A DNA stretch of 64,000 nt from Bacteroidota bacterium. GTDB taxonomy: Bacteria > Bacteroidota > Bacteroidia > Chitinophagales > LD1. The stretch covers positions 2,871 through 66,870 of the forward strand of contig CANJZE010000006.1 in assembly GCA_947479455.1 (NCBI GenBank), written 5' to 3'. The position numbers were made by a program, and so were the translations under genes. The notes below the pieces were generated by a model that made no database searches, had not been told where the DNA came from, and was given only the letters and a program-made list of their open reading frames with translations. Shown in pieces: positions 31,421 to 39,842 of this stretch (within the stretch, counting starts at the first letter, position 1; each line of letters begins with the position of its first letter).

Positions 31421-31663
31421 ATGGCAATTGTTATTGACGATAAAATTTTAATGGCAGCGAATATTACTGAGCGCGAAATGCTCATTGAGATTGCTTTTAT
31501 ACTTTATGAAAAAAATGTTTTTGGGCTTGGAAAGGCAAGGGAGTTCTGCGGACTTTCATTAATGGATTTTGAAGAAGAAATGTATAAGCGCAACATCTCC
31601 AGATTTTCAGAGGAGAGTGTGTTGCAGGATATTCAAACCATGAATAAACTTTTTCCGAAATGA
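31421..31663 (+). CDS. UPF0175-family antitoxin
   Basis: 80 aa. EMLIEIAFILYEKNVFGLGKAREFCGLSLMDFEEEMYKRNI is the UPF0175 pattern. Overlaps the next gene by 4 nt (ATGA). Confidence 0.7.
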   Translation: MAIVIDDKILMAANITEREMLIEIAFILYEKNVFGLGKAREFCGLSLMDFEEEMYKRNISRFSEESVLQDIQTMNKLFPK

Positions 31664-32142
31664 TTGTTGTTTCAGACACTTCGCCAATTACATATCTTTT
31701 CCAAATACAACAGCTTCACTTACTGAAATCACTTTTCGAAACGGTAATTATTCCGCCAAATGTTTATGATGAATTACTGGAAATTCCCGAGCAGAAGGCT
31801 TGGCTAAAAGAGAACTCATCCAATTGGATTCTGGTGAAATCCGTTTCTGACAAATCAGTTGTGGCAGAATTTCAAAAATTATTGGATAAAGGCGAATCAG
31901 AAGCCATTGCCCTAGCAAAGGAATTGCATGCTGATACTTTGTTGATTGACGAAACAAGAGGTAGGGCTATAGCAGAAAAAGAAGGATTGCAGGTAACCGG
32001 TGTAGTAGGTGTTTTGCTCCGAGCGAAACAGCAAAACCTTGTTTCCGCAGTTAAACCATTATTAGATATTCTTATTGAAAAGCGGTTCAGAATTTCTGAC
32101 AAAGTGTATCACGTAGTTTTAAAATCCGCTAACGAACTTTGA
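31660..32142 (+). CDS. DUF3368 PIN-like nuclease toxin
   Basis: MIVVSDTSPITYL...VIIPPNVYDEL...GESEAIALA...LLIDE carries the acidic residues of a PIN-like fold. Confidence 0.75.
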   Translation: MIVVSDTSPITYLFQIQQLHLLKSLFETVIIPPNVYDELLEIPEQKAWLKENSSNWILVKSVSDKSVVAEFQKLLDKGESEAIALAKELHADTLLIDETRGRAIAEKEGLQVTGVVGVLLRAKQQNLVSAVKPLLDILIEKRFRISDKVYHVVLKSANEL

Positions 32143-33548
32143 TTTCCTCTGATACCATCGTGGCGCTCGCCACACCACACGGAGTTGGAGCCATAGGTGT
32201 TATTCGTTTGTCGGGAAGCGAAGCCATTCAAATTACAACGAAAGTTTTTCGTGGTAAAAATTTAGAGAAGCAAGCAAGCCACACCATTCATTATGGTCAT
32301 GTTGTGGATGGAGAGAAAGTAATTGACGAAGTAATGGTTGCGCTTTTTCGCGCACCAAAAAGTTTTACTACCGAAGATGTGGTGGAAATTTCCTGCCACG
32401 GTTCTCCATTTATTGCTGAGCAAATTATTCAGTTGCTGATTCAAAACGGAGCGCGTTCGGCTAAGCCTGGTGAATTTACGTTGCGTGCTTTCATCAATGG
32501 CAGAATTGATTTATCGCAAGCCGAAGCAGTAGCAGATTTAATTGCGAGTGATTCGGCCGCTTCACTTGATTTAGCATTGAAACAAATGCGCGGTGGTTTT
32601 TCTAACGACATAAAAATTCTTCGCACCGAACTCGTCAACTTCGCTTCGCTCATTGAATTGGAATTAGATTTTGGTGAAGAGGATGTAGAATTTGCCGACC
32701 GTAAAAAACTTATAGAACTGATTGATGCTATTCAATCAAAACTGAAACCGCTGATTGAATCTTTCAAACTCGGCAACGTAATTAAGAACGGAGTAAACAC
32801 TGTAATTGCAGGAAAACCGAATGCCGGAAAATCAACTTTGCTCAATGCTTTGCTCAACGAAGAGCGCGCCATTGTTTCCGAAATTCCCGGCACTACACGC
32901 GACACAATTGAAGAAATACTCAACATCAACGGCATTCAATTCCGATTCATTGATACTGCAGGAATAAGAACTACAGAAGATGTAATTGAAAAATTAGGTG
33001 TGGCAAAAACAATGGAGAAGTTGAAGCAAAGCTCCGTTTACATTTATCTGTTTGATGTAAACTCCAGTACACCCGAAGAATTGGTAAAAGAAATTCACGA
33101 ACTCGAATTGCTCGGCTTCAGTGGAATTATTGTTGGAAATAAAATTGACAAAGCCAGTTGGAAAGCCACTGCTCCTTTTTATAAAGTGATGGAAAAGACG
33201 ATAGACAATAGACAAGAGACTATAGACAACCCGGAACTCCTTTTTATTTCATCAAGTACTCAATACAACATTCCATTGCTGAAACAAAAACTTTACGATT
33301 TGGTTTTTCAATCGTCAATCGTCAATCGTCAATCGTCAATCATAACCAATGCTCGACACTACGAAGCTCTTTTAAAAGCAAGCGAAGCATTGAACGAAGT
33401 GATGGTTGGAATCGAAAACCAAAACACAGGTGATTTGGTGGCACTGGATATTAAGCGCTCCTTAGAATACCTCGGACAGATCTCAGGTGAGGTAACTAAT
33501 GATGAGATACTTGGAAACATTTTCTCCAAGTTTTGCATTGGGAAATAA
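32139..33548 (+). CDS. mnmE: tRNA uridine-5-carboxymethylaminomethyl modification GTPase MnmE
   Basis: DTIVALATPHGVGAIGVIRLSG, G-domain GKPNAGKSTLLN / DTAGIR / GNKIDK, C-terminal FCIGK. The apparent TTG start overlaps the toxin stop. Confidence 0.93.
   Translation: MISSDTIVALATPHGVGAIGVIRLSGSEAIQITTKVFRGKNLEKQASHTIHYGHVVDGEKVIDEVMVALFRAPKSFTTEDVVEISCHGSPFIAEQIIQLLIQNGARSAKPGEFTLRAFINGRIDLSQAEAVADLIASDSAASLDLALKQMRGGFSNDIKILRTELVNFASLIELELDFGEEDVEFADRKKLIELIDAIQSKLKPLIESFKLGNVIKNGVNTVIAGKPNAGKSTLLNALLNEERAIVSEIPGTTRDTIEEILNINGIQFRFIDTAGIRTTEDVIEKLGVAKTMEKLKQSSVYIYLFDVNSSTPEELVKEIHELELLGFSGIIVGNKIDKASWKATAPFYKVMEKTIDNRQETIDNPELLFISSSTQYNIPLLKQKLYDLVFQSSIVNRQSSIITNARHYEALLKASEALNEVMVGIENQNTGDLVALDIKRSLEYLGQISGEVTNDEILGNIFSKFCIGK
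33193..33227 (+). repeat. heptamer array inside mnmE (AAAAGAC GATAGAC AATAGAC AAGAGAC TATAGAC)
   Basis: Read directly. Encodes KTIDNRQETIDN. The word is a cyclic permutation of TAGACAA seen at 30024..30058. Confidence 0.85.
33308..33342 (+). repeat. heptamer array inside mnmE (TCAATCG x4 perfect + TCAATCA)
   Basis: Read directly. Encodes QSSIVNRQSSII. Confidence 0.92.
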
Positions 33549-33617
33549 AATCCACAAAACCTTTTTTAGTTTCACGATTGCAACTCCCAATTCAATAGTT
33601 CATTTAAAATATCCTCA

Positions 33618-34199
33618 ATGAAATATTTTCAATTAATTTTCTTTCTACTCTTTTTTTCTTCTGCTTTCTGCCAAGACACCACAAAAACAAAATTAGAGCA
33701 GTATAAAGAATGGCACGACAAAGGTTTAATTAATGATGAAGAATATGGCTCAAGCAAAGCAAAATTATTGGGCATATCACAATCTAAACCAGAAGTTGCA
33801 ACCCAATCTATAAAACAAACTACAGTGGTATCTTCAGCACGAATTTTTAGACGAGATACTATGGATTTAAAAGATTTAAGAAAAGAATATAAATCTGATT
33901 TTGCTTCATGTGCAGTAGTTTTCTCAATGGGCTCTGTACTCCTTATAAGCGATATGATTTATGCCATCGCAATGAGTAATGCCACATATACCGGAACTTA
34001 TGACCAACAAGAATTTAAAAAAAAATCCATAGCAATTAATGAAAAAGTTATAGCAGGATTTGGGGGTCTACTTGTCGTTGCGGGGTTTATACCTCTTGGT
34101 TTTGGAATAAAAGAAAAGACGGTTTATCTAAATCGTAAAAAACAAGCCCTGTCACTTAATATCCTTCCATCCAAAGTCGGTTTGGCATATGATTTCTAA
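33618..34199 (+). CDS. membrane protein with SHOCT-like motif
   Basis: Signal peptide, LEQYKEWHDKGLINDEEYGSSKAKLLG (SHOCT-like), two C-terminal TM helices. Confidence 0.55.
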   Translation: MKYFQLIFFLLFFSSAFCQDTTKTKLEQYKEWHDKGLINDEEYGSSKAKLLGISQSKPEVATQSIKQTTVVSSARIFRRDTMDLKDLRKEYKSDFASCAVVFSMGSVLLISDMIYAIAMSNATYTGTYDQQEFKKKSIAINEKVIAGFGGLLVVAGFIPLGFGIKEKTVYLNRKKQALSLNILPSKVGLAYDF

Positions 34200-34209
34200 A
34201 GTTCCCTAT

Positions 34210-35040
34210 TCAAAACTCTTCATTCAACTCCACTCCCAACTTCTTCAAATCATCTCTGGTCTCAAAAGGAATCATGCGTTTCAAACCAAGCAAATTTTCT
34301 TTCGACACAGGAAATGTCAAATGCAGTAGTTCTACTAATCCAATCGCAATATCTGCAACAAAATACGGAACAGGAATAAACAACGGTGTTCTTCCGCTTT
34401 GTTTTGCAGCGCGTAAAAAAATTTCTTTCAATGTGTAAGTTCTGTGCGATGCCAGACAATAGATTCCTGTAGTTTTCCTTTCAATACAAAGCGCAATTGT
34501 TTTCACTACATCACTTACTAAAACAATTTGTTCGGGTTGATTACCGCCACCTATCATTGGAATGATTCGTGATTTTGCTACAATGCTTTTAATACGACTG
34601 TAGAGTCCTTTAGCACCAATCACCAATCCCAATTTCAAAATCAAGACCTTAGTTGTGTCTAACTTTTTTTCGAGTTCGTATTTGTGCTTACCGTATTCTG
34701 AAAGCGCAGTTTCATGAGCAGAAAGAGTGGAGAAGAAAATAAACTGCACGTTATGCTTTATGCATTCTTCACTTAAAGCAAACGTTTGCTCTACATTCTT
34801 TTTCGAAGAATCATTTCCATTTTCATAGGGCACGAAAGCCGTATGAATCAATACATCAAGTTTCGAAACATCAAGAACCGTGGAAGAATCATTCAAATCG
34901 AAATGAACAAATGATGAGTTCGCTTGAAGCGTTTCGGGTTTTCTGCGTTGGTATAACACCACTTCATTTCCCTGCGAAACAAAGTGCTTCAGCAATTCAC
35001 TGCCTATAAAACCATTCGAACCCGTAATTCCTACACGCAT
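34210..35040 (-). CDS. NAD-dependent epimerase/dehydratase-family SDR
   Basis: MRVGITGSNGFIGSEL Rossmann motif and YGKHK (YxxxK) catalytic motif. Confidence 0.85.
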   Translation of the reverse strand: MRVGITGSNGFIGSELLKHFVSQGNEVVLYQRRKPETLQANSSFVHFDLNDSSTVLDVSKLDVLIHTAFVPYENGNDSSKKNVEQTFALSEECIKHNVQFIFFSTLSAHETALSEYGKHKYELEKKLDTTKVLILKLGLVIGAKGLYSRIKSIVAKSRIIPMIGGGNQPEQIVLVSDVVKTIALCIERKTTGIYCLASHRTYTLKEIFLRAAKQSGRTPLFIPVPYFVADIAIGLVELLHLTFPVSKENLLGLKRMIPFETRDDLKKLGVELNEEF

Positions 35041-35102
35041 TTGTGGTTAATTATTTCAACGCTAACAAAGAAAGTATTTTTAAGAATTCTATTTTTAGCG
35101 CA

Positions 35103-35813
35103 ATGAATCAAACTATTCGCGTAGCGGTTATCATTCCGGCATATAACGAAGAAGCAAGTATTGCTTCGGTGGTTACTGCCGTGCATGCGGCAAGCAGCGA
35201 TAGCATACAACTTACGCCTGTGGTGGTGAACGATTGTTCTAAAGATTCCACTAAAGAAATTATCTGGTCATTGAATTGCGTGGCGCTGAATCTCCCTATC
35301 AACCTCGGAATTGGTGGTGCGGTGCAAACAGGAATTAAATATGCTTTTGATAATGGTTTCGATTTTTGCGTGCAGATAGATGGAGACGGTCAGCACCCGC
35401 CACAATTTATTCCCGTGTTGGAAAAAGAGTTAGTAGCAAATGGATGGGACGTGGCTATTGGTTCGCGGTATATTGAGAAGGAAGGTTTTCAATCTACCTT
35501 CATGCGCAGAACGGGCATTCAGTATTTTCAGTTTCTGCTTAAACTCATTACCGGTGAAAACGTAACCGACTCTACTTCGGGTATGCGCATGATGAATCGC
35601 AAAACCATGAAATTGCTTTATGCTTATTACCCCGATGAATATCCCGAACCCGAAGCATTGATTATTTACAACCGCAATGGGTTGAAGTTTGGCGAAGTTC
35701 CTGTGCTAATGAACGAACGCATGGGCGGACAATCATCTATTCGCGGACTGGGTGCTGTGTATTATATGTTCAAAGTAACCATAGCCATTATTTTTACTTA
35801 TCTAAGACAATAA
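35103..35813 (+). CDS. family-2 glycosyltransferase, polyprenyl-phosphate sugar synthase-like
   Basis: VAVIIPAYNEE...VVNDCSKD...VQIDGDGQH DXD-type core. ATG 35103 preferred over GTG 35043. Confidence 0.88.
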   Translation: MNQTIRVAVIIPAYNEEASIASVVTAVHAASSDSIQLTPVVVNDCSKDSTKEIIWSLNCVALNLPINLGIGGAVQTGIKYAFDNGFDFCVQIDGDGQHPPQFIPVLEKELVANGWDVAIGSRYIEKEGFQSTFMRRTGIQYFQFLLKLITGENVTDSTSGMRMMNRKTMKLLYAYYPDEYPEPEALIIYNRNGLKFGEVPVLMNERMGGQSSIRGLGAVYYMFKVTIAIIFTYLRQ

Positions 35814-35815
35814 GC

Positions 35816-36163
35816 ATGGAACGAATTCAAATCATTGCCATTATCGGAAGTCTTTGTTTTCTCGGCTATGTAATGTGGCAAATCAAAAAAGGGAAACTGC
35901 GCGAGGAATACGCGTTCATTTGGATTCTCTCCACTTTTGTTTTGATAGTTCTTTCAGTATGGCGCAACGCACTTGAAATACTGGCGCACAGCTTTGGCGT
36001 AATTGCTCCGCCCAATTTACTTTTTGCAGGAGCTTTGTTTGCTGTGCTTATCTATTTACTTCATCTGTCGCTTACCGTTTCAAAACTGCAATACGAAAAC
36101 AAAACACTGGCACAGGAACTTGCTTTGCTCAAACAGAAAATTGACAAGAAAGAAAAAGTATGA
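35816..36163 (+). CDS. DUF2304-type small membrane protein
   Basis: Three or four TM helices plus a C-terminal coiled tail. The position directly after a GT2 gene matches the usual GT2/DUF2304 pairing. Confidence 0.7.
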   Translation: MERIQIIAIIGSLCFLGYVMWQIKKGKLREEYAFIWILSTFVLIVLSVWRNALEILAHSFGVIAPPNLLFAGALFAVLIYLLHLSLTVSKLQYENKTLAQELALLKQKIDKKEKV

Positions 36164-36561
36164 GCGAGTATTCGATTAGCCGGCAAGAGATGAACTGCTA
36201 CACGAATTATTTGCTCGGCAAGAATGCCGATGAACAATCGCTTTCTTTATTTGAACGCGCTATAAAACAAGAAGCCACTATTTTAAATGAAGAAGAGGAA
36301 AGGCTGCTACGTTTCATGCTGAACAATTTATGGACTGTTACTTTGCTTGATGCTGCCTTCGGAATGTTTTTGCCTAAACACAAATTGCGCAAGCGAATGA
36401 TTATTGCTTTCGCTATTCTCGAAACTAATCCGCTCTACTTTGATTTCTTCGAGCCGAAACAATTTTCCGTTTTACATTTTTTCAGTTTAACCCTTCGCGC
36501 ATTCTTTCAATCACTGAAAGCATTTGCTGGAAGCATCATTCTACTTTTCTTTCTGGATTAG
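36160..36561 (+). CDS. hypothetical protein (133 aa), translationally coupled to DUF2304 gene
   Basis: ORF track. 4-nt ATGA overlap with the upstream gene. Hydrophobic C-terminal half. Confidence 0.5.
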   Translation: MSEYSISRQEMNCYTNYLLGKNADEQSLSLFERAIKQEATILNEEEERLLRFMLNNLWTVTLLDAAFGMFLPKHKLRKRMIIAFAILETNPLYFDFFEPKQFSVLHFFSLTLRAFFQSLKAFAGSIILLFFLD

Positions 36562-36589
36562 GTGTTTAAAAAATCCAAACAACTTCGTT

Positions 36590-36664
36590 GATGATTACGC
36601 AGATAACAGCCAAAGATTTTAAAGATTTAATCCAAAAATCAATGTATTTATCTGCGTAATCATC
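36590..36664. repeat. perfect 17-bp inverted repeat GATGATTACGCAGATAA / TTATCTGCGTAATCATC with 41-nt loop
   Basis: Arms 36590..36606 and 36648..36664 read directly. The loop contains AAAGATTT twice. Confidence 0.9.
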
Positions 36665-36741
36665 CGTCAGGTAATAGTTTTGTATTTATGTGTTTAACCC
36701 TATTTTCCTTTAACTCGATTGAACAAAAACATATTCCATAA

Positions 36742-38355
36742 ATGGAAACAGCCGACTACATCATTATTGGTTCGGGATGCACGGGAGCAATGGCAGCACA
36801 AACGCTCGTAGAAAAAGGTGTGCAGGTGCTTATGCTCGATGGAGGAATTACCGATTCAAAATATGCAGGCACAATTCCTGATGATGATTTTTTATCGGTA
36901 AGAAAAAATGAAACCGCACAACACGAATTTTTTATCGGGAAAGATTTTGAAGGCATTCCGTTTGGCGATGTAAAAACGGGTGAGCACTTAACGCCTCCGC
37001 GTAAATTCATGATTCAAGAAGTCAATCGCTGGATGCCGATGTTGTCGAAAAATTTCTCTCCGCTCGAATCGCTTTCTCTCGGTGGATTAGGAAACGGATG
37101 GGGATTGGGTTGTTGTGTTTTTTCGAATGAAGAATTAAAAGCTGCGGGTTTAGATGCGGCACAAATGAACTCCGCCTATCAAACTGTGGCTAATCGCATT
37201 GGCATCAGCGGAACAAAGGATGATGCAGAGAACTACACTGCTTCTTCTTTGAACAACTTATTGCCTACGATTCATTTTGATTCAAACGGAAAAAATCTTT
37301 TTGAAAATTATTCGAAGAAGAAAGGGAAGTTGAACGCGAATGGTTTTTACATGGGCCGCCCTTCATTGGCTTTGCTTACACAGCAAAAAGATTCGCGGAA
37401 GGCGTATCAATACAAAGACCTCGATTTTTATTGTGACCAAGACAAGAGTGCATATCGTCCTTCTCTTACGGTGGAGGAGTTGAAGAAGAAAAACAATTTC
37501 AGTTATCGAGGAGGTTTGATTGCAATGAAGTTTGAAGAGACAGATGGTTTTGTAACCATTGAATGCAAAGCCATTTACACCAACGAAACCATTTTATTCC
37601 GTTGTAAGAAATTGATTTTGGCTGCGAGTTGTTTAAGCACTGCGCGCATTGTGCTGCGCTCGTTTAACGCTTATGATGTCAAGCTACCCGTTATCTCAAA
37701 TCCTTATAGTTACCTACCTGCTATTCAACCTTACCTTCTAGGTAAAGATGCCGATGCACGCAAAATTGGTTTCGCACAACTTTCGCTTTTTCATGACCCG
37801 CAGAAAAATAATATGGATGTGGCAATGGGTTCTGTTTACAGTTACCGTTCGCTTATGGCGTTTCATATTTTGAAAGAAACACCGATGGGTGTAAAAGACG
37901 CTTATCGTTTTCTACAATGGATGATGCCTGCGTTTACTATCGTTGGTTTGTTTCATCCGGAACGTGGCAGCGAACTGAAATATCTTTCGCTTAAAAAAGA
38001 TACCGCGCAACTTAGTGGCGATTCGCTATTTGTAAATTACGAACAGAATAATTTAGAGCAGAAAAAAATAAATGAGAACGAGAGATTGTTCTCCAGCGCA
38101 CTGCGTCAGCTTAATTGTTTTGTGCTTAAGAAAATAAACCCCGGCAATGGTTCGGGTATTCACTACGCAGGCACTTTGCCTTTTGCCGAAACCAATGCGC
38201 GCTTTACTATTCACAAGAATGGTTTATTGGGTGACACTAAAAATGTGTTTGTTGCCGATGGCTCAGGAATAAATTATCTGCCTGGTAAAGGACTCACGCT
38301 TTCGCTAATGGCAAATGCGCATAATGTAGCGGAGAGTGTTTTAGTAAATCATTAG
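36742..38355 (+). CDS. FAD-dependent GMC-family oxidoreductase
   Basis: N-terminal ADYIIIGSGCTGAMAA...MLDGG dinucleotide fold. C-terminal GIHYAGT...VADGS region typical of GMC enzymes. Confidence 0.8.
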   Translation: METADYIIIGSGCTGAMAAQTLVEKGVQVLMLDGGITDSKYAGTIPDDDFLSVRKNETAQHEFFIGKDFEGIPFGDVKTGEHLTPPRKFMIQEVNRWMPMLSKNFSPLESLSLGGLGNGWGLGCCVFSNEELKAAGLDAAQMNSAYQTVANRIGISGTKDDAENYTASSLNNLLPTIHFDSNGKNLFENYSKKKGKLNANGFYMGRPSLALLTQQKDSRKAYQYKDLDFYCDQDKSAYRPSLTVEELKKKNNFSYRGGLIAMKFEETDGFVTIECKAIYTNETILFRCKKLILAASCLSTARIVLRSFNAYDVKLPVISNPYSYLPAIQPYLLGKDADARKIGFAQLSLFHDPQKNNMDVAMGSVYSYRSLMAFHILKETPMGVKDAYRFLQWMMPAFTIVGLFHPERGSELKYLSLKKDTAQLSGDSLFVNYEQNNLEQKKINENERLFSSALRQLNCFVLKKINPGNGSGIHYAGTLPFAETNARFTIHKNGLLGDTKNVFVADGSGINYLPGKGLTLSLMANAHNVAESVLVNH

Positions 38356-38370
38356 AACAAAGAAATCATT

Positions 38371-38441
38371 ACACAAAGACACGAAGACGCTAAGTTTGAA
38401 AACCTATTTCTGGTTTTCTTTGCGTCTTTGCGCCTTCGTGT
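38371..38441. repeat. inverted octamer arrays (ACACAAAG ACACGAAG ACGCTAAG ... CTTTGCGT CTTTGCGC CTTCGTGT)
   Basis: Arms 38371..38394 and 38418..38441. They lie between the convergent GMC oxidoreductase and DUF4159 genes. Confidence 0.8.
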
Positions 38442-38455
38442 AAACTGAATTTGAA

Positions 38456-39112
38456 TTAATTACTAAAAACGTAGCGCAAAATATTCGCGCCCATCTTCAA
38501 CGCTTTCTCGCGCACTTCGGTTGGGTCTTTGTGAACGCTTTGGTCTTCCCATCCGTCACCTAAGTCGCACTCATAAGTGTATAGGGCTACTAATCTTCCT
38601 TCGTGAAATAATCCAAATGCCTGTGGTGTGGTACCATCGTGCTCGTGAATTTTAGGAAGGCCGTTAGCGAAATCAAATTTTTGATGAAACACAGAATGCG
38701 AAAAAGGAAGTTCAATCAGTTTGCTGCCGGGGAAAAGTTTTTCGAGTTGTACGCGAATGAATTTATCCATGCCGTAATTATCATCGGCATGAAGGAAACC
38801 ACCACCAATTAAATACGCGCGCAAATTATCGAGTTCCTGTTCGTTGAACACCACATTACCGTGACCCGTCATGTGCACAAACGGATAGTTGAACAAATCG
38901 GCACTGCCTACTTCCACCGTTGGAATATCGGTTTCAATATTCATGTTCAAATTTTGATTGCAATACTTGGCAAGATTTGGAAGTGAAGTTGGATTCGCAT
39001 ACCAGTCGCCTCCACCATTATATTTCAGCAAGGCAATCTTTAACGGTTTATCAGCAGGAGTAAACGAGGAAACGAGAATAAAAAAAGAAAAAAGAAAAAT
39101 TATTTTTTTCAT
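38456..39112 (-). CDS. DUF4159 domain protein (secreted)
   Basis: Signal peptide. KIALLKYNGGGDWYANPTSLPNL...HMTGHGN is the DUF4159 signature region. Confidence 0.75.
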   Translation of the reverse strand: MKKIIFLFSFFILVSSFTPADKPLKIALLKYNGGGDWYANPTSLPNLAKYCNQNLNMNIETDIPTVEVGSADLFNYPFVHMTGHGNVVFNEQELDNLRAYLIGGGFLHADDNYGMDKFIRVQLEKLFPGSKLIELPFSHSVFHQKFDFANGLPKIHEHDGTTPQAFGLFHEGRLVALYTYECDLGDGWEDQSVHKDPTEVREKALKMGANILRYVFSN

Positions 39113-39126
39113 GCAGAGCTAAACTA

Positions 39127-39831
39127 TTATTCGTTTGCCAAATTAAAAACCGAAGCGGCAAATATACCCGCGGTTTCTAAACGCAAACGACTTTTACCGA
39201 GTGATACTGTTTCAAATTTATGTTGAGTTGCCAGCAAAACTTCTTCCTTGGTAAAATCACCTTCGGGTCCAATCATTACTATGGCATCAATGTTTCCGCG
39301 GTAAGCATTTTTTAAATGAATAGATTTTTCATCGCAGTAAGCAATGTATTTATGTGCATCATTTTTTTGCTGCGCAAAAAAATCTTGGACATTAGTCATG
39401 GGATTCAAACTTGGTAAGCGAAGTTTTAAACTTTGCTTACATGCGCCTAACAAAATTTTTTCGATTCTATCGGCTCGTATTTCTTTACGTTCTGAATGCT
39501 TACACAAGAGCGGAGTAATTTCGTTTATACCAAGCTCAGTTACTTTTTCGGCAAACCATTCAAAGCGTTCAATATTTTTTGGCGGAGCAATAGCAATATG
39601 AAGTTTTGGTTTTTCTATTTCTGTGTTTTCCATCAACCGCACCACATGCACCATTACTTCTTTTTTGCCAATGCTTTGAATACGCGCATCATACAAATTT
39701 CCACGACCGTCAAAAACAAAAAGTTCTTCGCCTTCACGCTTGCGCAACACATTGGCTATGTGCCGCGACTCGGTTTCGTCAAGTGCGCAGTATTCATCGA
39801 GGGTAGCTAATGGGCAGTAGAAGATGTTCAT
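39127..39831 (-). CDS. rsmE: 16S rRNA (uracil1498-N3)-methyltransferase
   Basis: RsmE layout: N-terminal PUA-like H(I/V)xxVLR, C-terminal IGPEGDFTKEE...LGKSRLRLETA. Confidence 0.88.
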   Translation of the reverse strand: MNIFYCPLATLDEYCALDETESRHIANVLRKREGEELFVFDGRGNLYDARIQSIGKKEVMVHVVRLMENTEIEKPKLHIAIAPPKNIERFEWFAEKVTELGINEITPLLCKHSERKEIRADRIEKILLGACKQSLKLRLPSLNPMTNVQDFFAQQKNDAHKYIAYCDEKSIHLKNAYRGNIDAIVMIGPEGDFTKEEVLLATQHKFETVSLGKSRLRLETAGIFAASVFNLANE

Positions 39832-39842
39832 TTTAAATTAGC

